From an uncultured delta proteobacterium (lineage in GTDB: Bacteria; Desulfobacterota; Syntrophobacteria; Syntrophobacterales; Syntrophobacteraceae): a stretch of DNA of 64,000 bases. The notes below the pieces were generated by a model. The model did not search any database. It was not told the origin of the DNA and worked only from the letters and a program-made list of their open reading frames with translations. Made by a program: the position numbers and the translations under genes. Shown here piece after piece: positions 41,741 through 51,933 of the stretch. Where the stretch lies: positions 128,001-192,000 of the forward strand of contig CAWEHK010000033.1 in the NCBI GenBank assembly GCA_963808625.1, read 5' to 3'. How positions within the stretch are numbered: the stretch's first letter is position 1; each line of letters begins with the position of its first letter.

Positions 41741-42058
41741 GTGTACCGCGATACCGATCTTTCCATCATCCGGCAACATCGCGGGCTAGCGAACCGGCTG
41801 GGCTTCGCGGTGCAGCTTTGCTACATGCGCTATCCTGGCATGATGCTCGCTGTGGATGCTGAGCCGTTCGCACCTTTGCTGCGCCTGGTGGCCACGCAAT
41901 TGAAGGTGCCGCCTGAAGCCTGGAAAGATTGCGGCCAGCGTGCGGAGACTCGTCGCGAGCATCTGCTCGAACGGCAATCGGTCTTTGGGTTCCAGCCATT
42001 CACAACGCGGCACTATCGCCCCAGCGTAAACAGGCTGGATGAATAGGCGTGGCAGACC
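41741..42058 (+). pseudogene. N-terminal (DUF4158) remnant of a Tn3-family transposase
   Basis: DLSIIRQHRG.ANRLGFAVQLCYMRYPG...GQRAETRREHL; internal stop at 42044-42046. Confidence 0.88.
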
Positions 42059-42151
42059 GGCAATTATCTGATTTTTTACCTGCCGATTGAGGGCGGTATT
42101 AAGGTTGTCAGGGTTTTGCCTGGAATGCGAGATACCGACACCCTCTTTTGA
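42059..42151 (+). pseudogene. C-terminal remnant of a ParE/RelE-family toxin
   Basis: Manual translation GNYLIFYLPIEGGIKVVRVLPGMRDTDTLF* matches the ParE C-terminal pattern Y.IFY...I.V.RV.HG.RD. Confidence 0.7.
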
Positions 42152-42553
42152 CCGGTCCCGTAGTTGTTCTTGGCGCACCATCCCTTTCTTTACCAATAGT
42201 AGACGTGTGGCTGATGGTTGCCGGGCGGCCAGAGAGCTGCCTCAACATCCATGCCCCTCAACACACGGGTTGCATCCGCGCCGGTTCGCATGACGCAGCG
42301 GGCGCGTCATGTGCGTTTTCCGCCACCGGCGCGGGGCGCCGTCCGGAAAGCGCACTTTGTCATAGCGACGCAGCTTGCGCCCTTTTTCCTCGCTTCGATA
42401 AGTTCGTGACATGAATGAATTGAGAGCCTCTTGAAAGAGTTGCAGGGCGGATTGAGAGTGACTTTTGGGTGATGCTGGTATAGAGAGAGGAGTCTTTCAA
42501 TCCCTGATGAAAGCGGGTTTGCCCACGCCAGGAATAAAGTTAAGGAGGATTCG

Positions 42554-43550
42554 ATGACACGCAGCGTGATTGCCGGCATTGGCAGCTTTGTGCCGCCGCG
42601 AGTGGTCAGCAATGAGGACCTTGCCGGTTTGATGACAACGAGTGATGAGTGGATTCGAACACGAAGCGGCATAGAAGAACGGCGGTTTGCGGAGGAGGGG
42701 GTGTATTGCTCGGATCTGGCGCTGGAAGCGACCAGAAACGCTCTCGCCGATGCCAATCTGGAACCCTCGGACCTGGATTTTATCATCTTCGCCACCATCA
42801 GCCCCGATCACCATTTTCCCGGGACGGGCTGTTTCCTGCAAGCCAAACTCGGGGTGCCATCCATTGGCTGCCTGGATGTGCGCAATCAGTGCACGGGTTT
42901 TCTCTACGGTCTGGCGATAGGTGACGCCTTTATCCGCACGGGAATGTACCGCCATATCCTGGTGGTCGGGTCGGAACTCCACTCGAACGCCCTCAATTTT
43001 TCCGATGAGGGACGAGATGTCGCCGTGCTTTTCGGGGATGGCGCCGCCGCAGTGGTGCTCGCTCCCTCTTCCGGGGAAGAGCGCGGCGTCCTCTACTCGG
43101 AACTCCACGCCGACGGCAGGTTCGCCAAGGCACTTCACATGGACGTTTGGAATATTTCCCGGAAACCCTATCTCACCCATGAGAGCATCGAGACGGGAGA
43201 GATCTGGCCGCACATGGATGGAAAAACCGTCTTCAAACATGCCGTGACCCGCATGGCCGAGCTGGTGACCAATGCCCTTGACCGGTGCAATGTGCAGGCC
43301 GGAGGAGATCAAGTACATTATCCCTCACCAGGCCAACATGAGAATCAACCAACTCGTTGCGGAACGCCTTGGATTCGCTCCGGAAAAGTTCCTGAATAAT
43401 ATCCAGAAATATGGCAATACCACCGCCGCATCAATCCCCTTACTGCTGGACCAAACCTATCGGGCTGGAAAATTGCAGAAAGGAGACCTTTTGCTTCTTG
43501 TGGCCTTTGGTTCAGGCTTCACCTGGGCATCAACCCTCCTGCGGTGGTAA
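42554..43550 (+). CDS. fabH: 3-oxoacyl-ACP synthase III; frameshift near 43300
   Basis: TSDEWI..RSGI.ERR, NQCTGF, LFGDGA, PHQAN.RI, YGNTTAASIP, AFGSGFTW. Confidence 0.92.
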
Positions 43551-43555
43551 CGGCG

Positions 43556-43655
43556 GAGAGTAAGGAGTAAGGAAGTGGCAGTAAGGAGTAGGCAGTAAGG
43601 AGTAGGCAGTAAGGAGTAAGAGGTGAGGAGTGAGGGTGAGGAAAGAGTAAAAAGG
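43556..43655. repeat. AGTAAGG/AGTAGGC 7-mer run
   Basis: agtaaggagtaagg...cagtaaggagtaggcagtaaggagtaggcagtaaggagtaagaggtgaggagtgagg directly after the fabH stop. Confidence 0.85.
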
Positions 43656-43755
43656 AGCAACCAACCGGGCTGCGTCTGCTTACGCTGAAACACCACCTCG
43701 ATGGGCAAAACCTGCACGCCTTAGCTCGTCTCCATAACGGAATCCCATCTGTTGC

Positions 43756-43838
43756 GTAGGGGCGGGCTTTATGCCCGCCCGAAGAGCATGCGGAATGACG
43801 TCCGGCACATTTCAGGAGGGGGTAAACCCCTCCCCTAC
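43756..43838. repeat. Inverted pair of GTAG-type REP sequences
   Basis: gtaggggcgggctttatgcccgccc ... ggagggggtaaacccctcccctac. Confidence 0.75.
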
Positions 43839-43892
43839 AGTCCGAACTCCAACAAGATGCAGTTTCCGGATGGACACTGAGCTCGAGGACCT

Positions 43893-45080
43893 TCAGCAGA
43901 AGAGGTCTTGTGGGGGAAGATGGTATAGGGTGCGAACATATGAGATCAGAGTGTCGGGGAGGTATCTTCCCCACAATCTGATGGGGAGATGTTCGATGTG
44001 CACCTCCGGGCTGAACCCTACGGCAAAGAGATATTCGACCAGGAATTCAACATTCATCGGTATATAACCCTGATACATCCTGCTGTCCCTTTGGGCGACG
44101 ATGCGCTCCTCGTGAATGCTGTTTCCAAGCTCGGATTCCACCAAGTCCGGAAAGTTCGAAAGGATCAACTCCACGTTTATCGTTGATTTGGGATTCTTTA
44201 GCAGTGATTCCAGTCCCTTCCGCAACTCATTTTCAGGGATACCGCGATGCAGGTATCGTTGCCAGCACCGGCCTTCCCTGTACTTCCGAAAGGTCTTTTC
44301 CGCATCCCAGGAGGACTCCAGGATCAAGCTCCTGGCGCGGAAGGAGCCATGGTAACTCTCTTTGGCGGAAACCCGGAGGTTTGGATCGTTGTGCAGGGCT
44401 TCTTCGAGGGCCGCTAACCGGTCATCACCCGCGACGATCTTGATGCCTCCCACATCATGGATCGTCAACGCCTCGCGATCGAACTTGACACCCCCTTCAC
44501 TGAAGCTCTGAGCAATCGCCTTTTCCGCCTCGATAAATTCACGAGCCATCTCAGGTTCGGGAGTGAGAAGGCATTCCAGCGGGACCCCGAACCTGCTTGC
44601 CCGCTCTGCCGCCATTTGCTTCGCTTTGCTCTGCACCACGCCAAAGATCCAGTTGGCGATCTTACGATTCGCTTTTTCGGCGATCCTCCTGGCCCTCTTG
44701 ATGCGGTACAGACCCAGGAGCTGCCCTTCGTCATCAAGGCACATGACGCCGTTGACGGGCGTCTCCCGGTAGTAAAAATCCGGGTTCAGCCGATACTGGG
44801 AAAAAAGCTCCAGCTCCCGCTCTGTTATTACCCTGCTGCCGCGACAGAGGATCTCCCTCAATTCGCCTTTGACGCGGATCCGTCTTTGTTCGATGGGCTT
44901 ATGATGGATTCTCGCCAGGAGGTTCTTTGTCAGCCATTCCAGGGTTTCTCCAAGAACGAAGCCGTCGCAGATCAGGATGTGGGTCAGGCGCAAGCCGTCG
45001 TCGGGATGCAAATGACCGCAGAACCAGCGTTCGGCAATGTCAAAAAGTTCGTCACGATGGATGAATGAAGTCAAATACAC
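43893..45080 (-). CDS. Hypothetical protein (possible nucleotidyltransferase-like region)
   Basis: Uninterrupted 395-aa ORF with core-like codon usage; IHDVGGIKIV and INVELI motifs. Confidence 0.8.
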   Translation of the reverse strand: MYLTSFIHRDELFDIAERWFCGHLHPDDGLRLTHILICDGFVLGETLEWLTKNLLARIHHKPIEQRRIRVKGELREILCRGSRVITERELELFSQYRLNPDFYYRETPVNGVMCLDDEGQLLGLYRIKRARRIAEKANRKIANWIFGVVQSKAKQMAAERASRFGVPLECLLTPEPEMAREFIEAEKAIAQSFSEGGVKFDREALTIHDVGGIKIVAGDDRLAALEEALHNDPNLRVSAKESYHGSFRARSLILESSWDAEKTFRKYREGRCWQRYLHRGIPENELRKGLESLLKNPKSTINVELILSNFPDLVESELGNSIHEERIVAQRDSRMYQGYIPMNVEFLVEYLFAVGFSPEVHIEHLPIRLWGRYLPDTLISYVRTLYHLPPQDLFC

Positions 45081-45175
45081 GTTGCCGGATCTCCGCGAAT
45101 TATCTTCATGCCTTCCTAACCGCTCAGGTTAGATACTGTCCAAAAACAACTTGCAATCATTTCAGCCCTTTTTCG

Positions 45176-45238
45176 AACCACGAAGATCACGAAGAGCACG
45201 AAGAAATCACTTCGTGTTGCTTCGTGTTCTTCGTGATA
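45176..45238. repeat. Inverted pair of CACGAAGA 9-mer runs
   Basis: aaccacgaagatcacgaagagcacgaagaaatcacttcgtgttgcttcgtgttcttcgtgat. Confidence 0.88.
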
Positions 45239-45384
45239 AAAGAAGGCCTTTCATTTTTGGACGCCCCCTTAGCGGTTGCTTCGCCGCTTTCCAGCGATTG
45301 CTTTAAACGTCATTCTATACCTATTTTTTGCTTTGTTCATGTGGAAAAGGCGGCGATAATATGTCCCAACTGGGAGGGAATGTG

Positions 45385-45907
45385 ATGAAGGGACAAGGGA
45401 CAGAACAACAGATCACCATCAAGACCGCTGCGCAGATCCTTGGCGTATCGCCCAAGTCCGTCCAGCGCTACCTCGCCAAGGGGCGTCTTACCAAGATTAA
45501 GAAAGAGACAAGGACACTGCTTCTGCTGGCTGAAGTAAAGGCCCTGGCGAGCGATCCATCTTTAGGACAGGGACGTCCATCGGGAGGGGTTGGGAAAGGT
45601 CCCGGGATGGGACAGGTTGGAGACACCGTGACCCTGAGTCAGGGAGCGCTATGAGCAAATGCTCCTCGAACTGGGCGAACTTCGCAAGCAGAACCAATTC
45701 TTCTTGGAGTTCAAGGGCATGCTGCTGGCAAAAGAGGAGTCTATTCGAAGGCTCGAACGAGACGTTGAGCTCCTGGGAGAAAGGGTTCGTGCGCTGGAGA
45801 TGAGGAGGCAGAAGGAACCTCGGGGCGCCGCTGACGATCTGCATGACTCCGCAGGTGATCGGGGACAGCCAAAAACGAAGCAAAAAAAACCCTGGTGGCA
45901 GGCCTGA
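45385..45907 (+). CDS. HTH DNA-binding protein with coiled coil and KKPWW tail; frameshift near 45640
   Basis: ITIKTAAQILGVSPKSVQRYL..GRL; heptad-rich middle region; KKPWWQA end; SD GGGAGGG. Confidence 0.75.
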
Positions 45908-45910
45908 GTT

Positions 45911-47065
45911 TTAAGCCGGCTCAACCGTTTTACTTTCTGAAAGGAGATCGCCCCGGTATTCGACCCCGTAAAGGTAAAGCATGATCATGGCAAAGCTCAG
46001 GATCAGCGGACCGTAAAGGATTCCCACGAGCCCAAAGTATTGGACTCCCCCGATGATGGCCAGGAAAATGTAGAAGGGGGACATCCTGCCTTCGCCCCGC
46101 ATCAGGAACGGCCGAAGGAAATTGTCAATCGATCCGCAGAGGAAAATGGACCACAGCGCCAAAAACAGGGCCGACTTGAGGTTTCCCAGGATAATGAGAT
46201 AGACCGCAGCGGGAATCCAGATGAGAGCGGTGCCCACGATCGGGATAAGGGAGGCAAAACCCATTACGGTGCCCCAGAAGAGGCCGGGGACCCCGACAAT
46301 GGAGAGGCCAACGCCGCCCACCAGGCCCTGGCACAGGGCGGTAAAAAACGTCCCCAGCAGAACCGATTTAGCGACCGCACGAATCCCGTGCAGGAGTTCC
46401 TCTTCCTGCTCTTTTCGCAGGGGTGAGAAAGACCTCCCCTTCTGCAGCATTTCATAGCCGTCCCGAACAAGGTAGAAAACGACAAAGATCATGATGAAGA
46501 AATGGGTGACAAGGCTTGCCACATTTCCGAGCAGGGTCGCCCCCTTGCTCAGAAGAAATTGCCCAAGATTTTTGCTGAACTCCAGGAGATTGCTGACGAC
46601 GTCCAGTTTCTTCAGTTCCAGGAACCCGAAGCGTTCAGTGAACCTCTCACTGTAGGCAAGAATTCGAGGGTCTTCGGTAATTTTATCGAGATTGCCGGCC
46701 CTCAGCCACTCATGGACCCTGGAAACCGAATCCAGGCCCTGGCTTACCAGTGCTGAGACAAATACAAATATGGGAATGACCAGCAGAAAGGTGATGATGA
46801 AGATAATCGTCAGGGCCGCGAGGCTGCTTCTTCCGCGATAAATGCGCACAAGATAAACCTGCAGCGGATAGAAAAGGGAAGCAAAAACGATGGAAAAGAT
46901 GAGCGTGTCCATGAATGGGCCGAGGATCAGGTAGACGAGGTAGAGTGAGAAAAATAGGATAACCAGTAAGAACGGCCGATACCCTCGAGCCCCCAGGGAA
47001 GAATCCGGGTGTTTTTTGCCGGCGCAATCAGCCATCGATCCACCTTTTTCAGCAAAATCCATCAA
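45911..47065 (-). CDS. AI-2E family transporter
   Basis: FYLVRDG, SLIPIVGTALIWIP, IDNFLRP, GGVQYFGLVGILYGP. Confidence 0.9.
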   Translation of the reverse strand: MMDFAEKGGSMADCAGKKHPDSSLGARGYRPFLLVILFFSLYLVYLILGPFMDTLIFSIVFASLFYPLQVYLVRIYRGRSSLAALTIIFIITFLLVIPIFVFVSALVSQGLDSVSRVHEWLRAGNLDKITEDPRILAYSERFTERFGFLELKKLDVVSNLLEFSKNLGQFLLSKGATLLGNVASLVTHFFIMIFVVFYLVRDGYEMLQKGRSFSPLRKEQEEELLHGIRAVAKSVLLGTFFTALCQGLVGGVGLSIVGVPGLFWGTVMGFASLIPIVGTALIWIPAAVYLIILGNLKSALFLALWSIFLCGSIDNFLRPFLMRGEGRMSPFYIFLAIIGGVQYFGLVGILYGPLILSFAMIMLYLYGVEYRGDLLSESKTVEPA

Positions 47066-47084
47066 TTACCCGACGTTTCCCCGC

Positions 47085-47690
47085 TCATTTCAGCTTTGCC
47101 GCCTTCTGGCGGTATGAATCCATTTTCGCTGCATCTCCCATCTCTTTATACAGGTCGGCCTCAAACAGATAGACCTGTTTCAACTTTCCCGCATCGTTCT
47201 GGAAGAGGACTTCGGCTTTTTGGCTGAACTGGAGGGCCTTCTGACGAGATCCCTTCATGCGCCATGCCTTTGCCAGGTTGAAAAAGGCTTCACCGTTATG
47301 GACATCAACCTGGATGGCCTTTTCAAGGAGGGGAATTGCCGGGTCGGCTTTACCCTGCGCCAGGGATGCTTTTGCCTGATCTACCAGGTGCATCGAGGCA
47401 ACCTGCTGCGGCGGCGGCGGCGCAGGTTTCTTCTCGGGCGGCTTGGACGGGACCTCTGCGGGGGCGGCGATATCGCTTTCTTTGATCGCGGGCGGCGGCT
47501 TGAGGATAGGTGTTTGTTTCGGTGCCGGTGCCGGCACTGGTGCCGGGGCAGGAGTTTGTACCGTGGGGGGTGGCGGCTGCCATTCCGAGGGAATATAAAC
47601 AGGCTTTTTAGGAGCGCAGGCCGAAACCAGGACAAGCAGAAGTATCACCGCCATGCCCAGAACTCTGAGACTGCCCGAATAGGTTGCCAT
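47085..47690 (-). CDS. TPR lipoprotein with Pro-rich linker (LpoP-like)
   Basis: Lipobox VSAC, Pro-rich linker, TPR helices (A..LLEKAIQVD..NGEAFFNLA.AW); downstream of mrcB. Confidence 0.8.
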   Translation of the reverse strand: MATYSGSLRVLGMAVILLLVLVSACAPKKPVYIPSEWQPPPPTVQTPAPAPVPAPAPKQTPILKPPPAIKESDIAAPAEVPSKPPEKKPAPPPPQQVASMHLVDQAKASLAQGKADPAIPLLEKAIQVDVHNGEAFFNLAKAWRMKGSRQKALQFSQKAEVLFQNDAGKLKQVYLFEADLYKEMGDAAKMDSYRQKAAKLK

Positions 47691-47829
47691 ATCAAGATCC
47701 CTCCCTCGTTTTGGCGATCCGTTCTCGAGATTACAAGATGCTCAAAGGTGAACTATTATGAAACGATCCGGATGAGACACATAGCACGAAAAGCATCCTA
47801 TGTGAATACAATGGCCGGGCAGATTCCTC

Positions 47830-50088
47830 TCAATTGTGGAGAGGGCAATATTCTTTTGGGACCTGCTCACTGAGGAAAGCTTCCAGGCGCTGCTCACGGC
47901 ACCGAGCCGTGGCGAGCAGTCCTGACTCAAGGCAGATCAGGCGCTGTAAAATCCCCGGCGGCGGCTGAAATTCCTCGGGATGAATCCAGGGCCGAATCTG
48001 GTTAAGAAATCTCACCCATATCCGGGCTGCTCCTTGAGAGCCACGCAGTTGCGCAGGCTGGTTGTCGTCGTATCCGAGCCATACGAGGACGAGGAGATCC
48101 GTGGTATAGCCGACAAACCAGGAGTCCCGATCGTCGCCGGCAGTGCCGCTCTTGGCGGCATAGGGAAAATCCACTCCAAGATCGGTGAGATCCCGGGCCG
48201 TCCCCTTTTGCGTTGTTTTCTCCAAAATGTTGGTAATGAGGTAAGCCTTGGCGGGAGTTGTCACGGGAACGATTTCAACGTTGCGTCGTTCCTGGATTTC
48301 GCCGCTTTCGGTAAAGACTTCCTTGACACCGAGCAGGTATGGTTTCTGTCCATCATTGTCCAAAGCAGCATACGCCCCGGCTATTTCGAGAGGGGTTGCT
48401 TTGAAGTCTCCCAGGACCATCGAGGGCTCGGGTTGGAGCGGCGATTGTATGCCCAGACTGTGAATCATCGTGATGATCTTCTCCAGCCCCACCGCGACCG
48501 CAAGATTGACGGTAGCAGCATCAGTGATTGATCGAGGGCGTCCCTTAACATGACCGGACCGCGATACCGGCCATCATAATTTCGTGGGGTCCAATCCGAG
48601 CCATTGACCGTAAAGGTCACTGGTTCATCCTTCAGCCAACTGACTGGTGTAAACTGGTCCAAAGCGGTCAAATAAACAAACGGCATGACTGCGGACCCTG
48701 GCTGACGATAGGCGGAGAGAGCTCGATTGACACCGTCTGACGAGTAGTCTCTCCCGCCAACCAAGGCAAGTACGTCCCCCGTTTTCGGCTGAAGGGCGAT
48801 GACAACGCCTTGAAGCGTTGCGGCCTCGGAAGACGTGCTTTGGCGATTGGATCGTTCCTTTTCCAGCAGCAACAGTTCCGCCTTCAAAGCAGCGTCGGCA
48901 GCAACGGCCATCTCCGGATGGAGAGAGGTGTATATGGTCAACCCCTCAGACCCCAGGCTGGTTTCATCATAAAGATCATGAAGCTGCTGCGTGGCGTAAT
49001 CGACAAAATAGGGAGCGAGCTCTCTGGGGGGACTGGCGGCAGCGATTCTTCGGGGCTCTCCGCGACTCTTTTCATACTCCGAGGGCGGAATCATGCCGAG
49101 ATCGAGCATGCGTTTAAGAACGACATTGCGGCGATCGATCGAAGCCTGGGGCTTAGTGAGCGGGGAATAGCCGTTGGGCCCTCGAATCATGCCGGCGAGA
49201 GTGGCGCATTCAGCAAGAGTGAGGTCTTCAACATTTCGTCCGAAATAATAGAGGGCTGCCTCCCCCATTCCATGGATAGCCACGCTGCCTTTTTGGCCCA
49301 TGTAGATCTCGTTCATATACATCTCGAGGATGGCATCCTTTTCATAAAGGGCCTCGAGAACAACCGCCATGGAAGCCTCTTGGAGCTTACGTTTGAAGGT
49401 GCGCTCCGGTTCCAGAAAGTAGTTCTTCACCAGTTGCTGCGTGATCGTGGAACCGCCCTGGACAACCCGCCGAGCGATGAGGTCCGTGTACAAGGCGCGC
49501 ATGGTTCCAAACCAATCGACCCCGCGATGTTCATAGAAACGATGGTCCTCGATGGCCAAAACCGCGTCAGTGAGGCAAGCAGGGGCTTGTTTGATGTTGA
49601 TGAGCAACCGGCTCTTTCGTTCCGGGCCAAAGAGCCGGGCGATTTCAAGAGGCTCCAGTTCGAGAAAGGGCAGTTCCGTTTGACCACTCCTGATCCTTAC
49701 CAGCGTGTTTTGCTGAAAGGCAAATTCGATGCGTTGCGCGGGGAGAGCGTGGCCAGGGAAGCGAAATTGGCGCAGATAAGCAACACAGTTGTCTCGGCCT
49801 AATTTATATTCGCCGGCCTGCAGCGGTTCTTTGACGGCCTCCTTATAGCGCCGCTCTTCCAGAAGCTGTTTCATCTGGGAGATGGAGAGGGACTGACCGG
49901 GATAAAGCGGGACCGTTGTGGAAAAAACCCGCGAAGGAATGCTCCATCGTCGCGATTCAAACCGCTGCCTGACTTCCGCATAAAGATAGACAAAGTAACC
50001 GACCAGCAAGAGCGGAAGAAGCAGGACGGACGAGGATTGGAATGGTCCTCCGGAAGGACGGTCGCCATGGCCTGCTATGCGGTATCAT
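47830..50088 (-). CDS. mrcB: Penicillin-binding protein 1B (class A; UB2H + transglycosylase + transpeptidase); frameshifts near 50030 and 48525
   Basis: EDHRFYEH.G, GGSTITQQLVKN, RKLQE, RQPGS, P.NYD, KSGT, DSWFVG. Confidence 0.88.
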
Positions 50089-50100
50089 GGGCTGCACCTG

Positions 50101-51522
50101 TCACTTTTTCTTCAGCTTGACCAGGCATTCGATATGCGGCGTATGCGGAAAGAGATCAAACGGTTGCACGGATTCAAGGTGGTAGTGTTCGAGAAGCACC
50201 ACAAGGTCCCTTGCGAGGGTCGCAGGGTTGCAGGATACGGCGATGATGGAGGGCGGGGCAATCTCGATCAGCGCGTTTAGAACATGCGGATGCATGCCGG
50301 CGCGGGGCGGGTCCGTGATCACCACATCCGGAGAACCATGGTCGGGTGCAGACTCTCTGACCCTCCGGATGACATCCTTGAGGTCTCCGGATACAAACGA
50401 ACAATTGTCGACCCCATTGAGGGTGCAGTTTTCGCGAGCGTCTTCGATGGCTTCCTCGCTCACTTCAAACCCCAGAACGTGCCGCACATGCCCGGCAATG
50501 AAAAGAGCAATGCTGCCGGTGCCGCAATAAAGGTCCCAGACCGCTTCTTTCCCGGTAAATTGTCCAAGTTGGAGGATGGCTTCGTAGAGCTGTTCGGCAG
50601 CGAGGGTATTGGTCTGAAAAAATGAGTGGGGAGAAATCCTGAATTGCAGATGCCCTATGCGATCCTCGATGGTGCCGGGACCAATCAAACATCGGCTATG
50701 GCCGCCGGCGGCAACCTGCGCCTTGCTGTCGGTGATGGAGTGCACAAAGGTCGTAAGGTAGGGAAACCGGGCGCGGAGATGGTTGGCCAGACGTTCCGCT
50801 ACGGTTCCGTTGTCCCCCTGACTCGAAGTGAGGAGATGGACAAGAAATTGATTGGTGCGCTTCCCTTCGCGAATCACCAGGAAACGCCAGAATCCCTGAT
50901 GGTCCCTGGTGTTATAGGCGGGAAGGGAAGTCTCCCGACACCACTCCCGCACTTCTTTCAAGACCTCAACAGCCTGTGGTGATGCCAGGAAACATCGGTC
51001 AATATTGAGCGCCGCGTCGAAGGACCTTCGAGCATGGAGGCCAAGGGCCAGGGGTTCCGACCGAGGGAGCTTCGCCGCATCCGGATCCAGGCGCTCAATC
51101 CAGGACCGGTTGGAGAAGGTAAACTCCATCTTGTTCCGGTACCAGATCACGTCGGGTGAAGGGACAGCCGGTTGCACCGTGGCTTCACTCACTCCGGCAA
51201 GGTGTTCGAGCGACTCCATGACGTGGAGGCGTTTCCACCGGAGCTGCTCCTCATATTGCAGGTCCTGCCAGCTGCAGCCCCCACAGACACCAAAATGAGG
51301 GCAAACGGGCTCCACGTAATGAGGAGACGGCGAGAGCCGTTCCTGAACATACCCTTCGGCAAATTGCCGTCTCTTCTTGGTGATCCTGACCCGCACCCGT
51401 TCTTCCGGAAGGGCATGGTCCATAAAGACGACCAGACCATCCCGCCGCGCCAGGGCCTTTCCCCCGAAGGCGAGCTTTTCCACAAGCAGTTCGATCTCCG
51501 CGCCCTTTTGAACCTCACTCAT
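50101..51522 (-). CDS. rlmD: 23S rRNA (uracil-1939-C5)-methyltransferase
   Basis: TRAM domain, CPHFGVCGGC, YRNKMEF, SFFQTN, DLYCGTG, DPPRAG, SCNPATLARD, DLFPHTPHIE. Confidence 0.92.
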   Translation of the reverse strand: MSEVQKGAEIELLVEKLAFGGKALARRDGLVVFMDHALPEERVRVRITKKRRQFAEGYVQERLSPSPHYVEPVCPHFGVCGGCSWQDLQYEEQLRWKRLHVMESLEHLAGVSEATVQPAVPSPDVIWYRNKMEFTFSNRSWIERLDPDAAKLPRSEPLALGLHARRSFDAALNIDRCFLASPQAVEVLKEVREWCRETSLPAYNTRDHQGFWRFLVIREGKRTNQFLVHLLTSSQGDNGTVAERLANHLRARFPYLTTFVHSITDSKAQVAAGGHSRCLIGPGTIEDRIGHLQFRISPHSFFQTNTLAAEQLYEAILQLGQFTGKEAVWDLYCGTGSIALFIAGHVRHVLGFEVSEEAIEDARENCTLNGVDNCSFVSGDLKDVIRRVRESAPDHGSPDVVITDPPRAGMHPHVLNALIEIAPPSIIAVSCNPATLARDLVVLLEHYHLESVQPFDLFPHTPHIECLVKLKKK

Positions 51523-51597
51523 CCTGCTCCACCGTCTCCGGACCCGTGAACCATGAACTTAGTATACCTCCGCATAAATAAGTGTCCGAATTCGAGA

Positions 51598-51677
51598 CGT
51601 CATTCCCGCGTGTTTCTGGCGGGAATCCAGGGTGGGCAAATTCTCTGGATTCCCGCTAAAAGCATGCGGGAATGATG
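51598..51677. repeat. GTCATTCCCGC...GCGGGAATCCAG palindromic element
   Basis: cgtcattcccgcg...gcgggaatccag...ctggattcccgc...gcgggaatgatg. Confidence 0.85.
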
Positions 51678-51762
51678 CCCGGGGGTACTGGACACTCTAT
51701 TCTGCGGTGCTGTACAACTTAGAATTATTACCATAACAATACTTTGGCAGAGCGTCAAACCG

Positions 51763-51830
51763 TGTGGGGCAGGCTTTCCAGCCTGCCATGCCGAGCCCGC
51801 CAAAAGGCAGGCTGGAAAGCCTGCCCCACA
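51763..51830. repeat. Inverted pair of GTGG-type REP sequences (perfect 25-bp IR)
   Basis: tgtggggcaggctttccagcctgcc ... ggcaggctggaaagcctgccccaca. Confidence 0.88.
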
Positions 51831-51892
51831 ATCCAAGGCCCCCTGTGGAAATCTCGCCTTTGCACCAGGAACTGAGAGCCCCCAGCCATCCC

Positions 51893-51933
51893 CCCAAGCG
51901 CTAACAGCCAAGAGCTAAACAGCCAAGAGCCAA
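51893..51933. repeat. AAGAGC(C/T)/AACAGCC 7-mer run
   Basis: Same family as the run at 1720-1817. Confidence 0.65.

Larger units (their letters stand above)
40348..42058. mobile_element. Truncated Tn3-family (Tn21-clade IR) transposon with toxin-antitoxin pair
   Basis: IR, resolvase, PIN toxin, DUF433 antitoxin, res-like spacer and tnpA 5' remnant. Confidence 0.85.
24266..42151. mobile_element. Composite genomic island (tyrosine-recombinase modules, Tn3-family elements, foreign cargo)
   Basis: Continuous run of recombinases, transposases and AT-rich hypothetical genes between housekeeping paaI-like and fabH genes; boundaries approximate. Confidence 0.8.
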
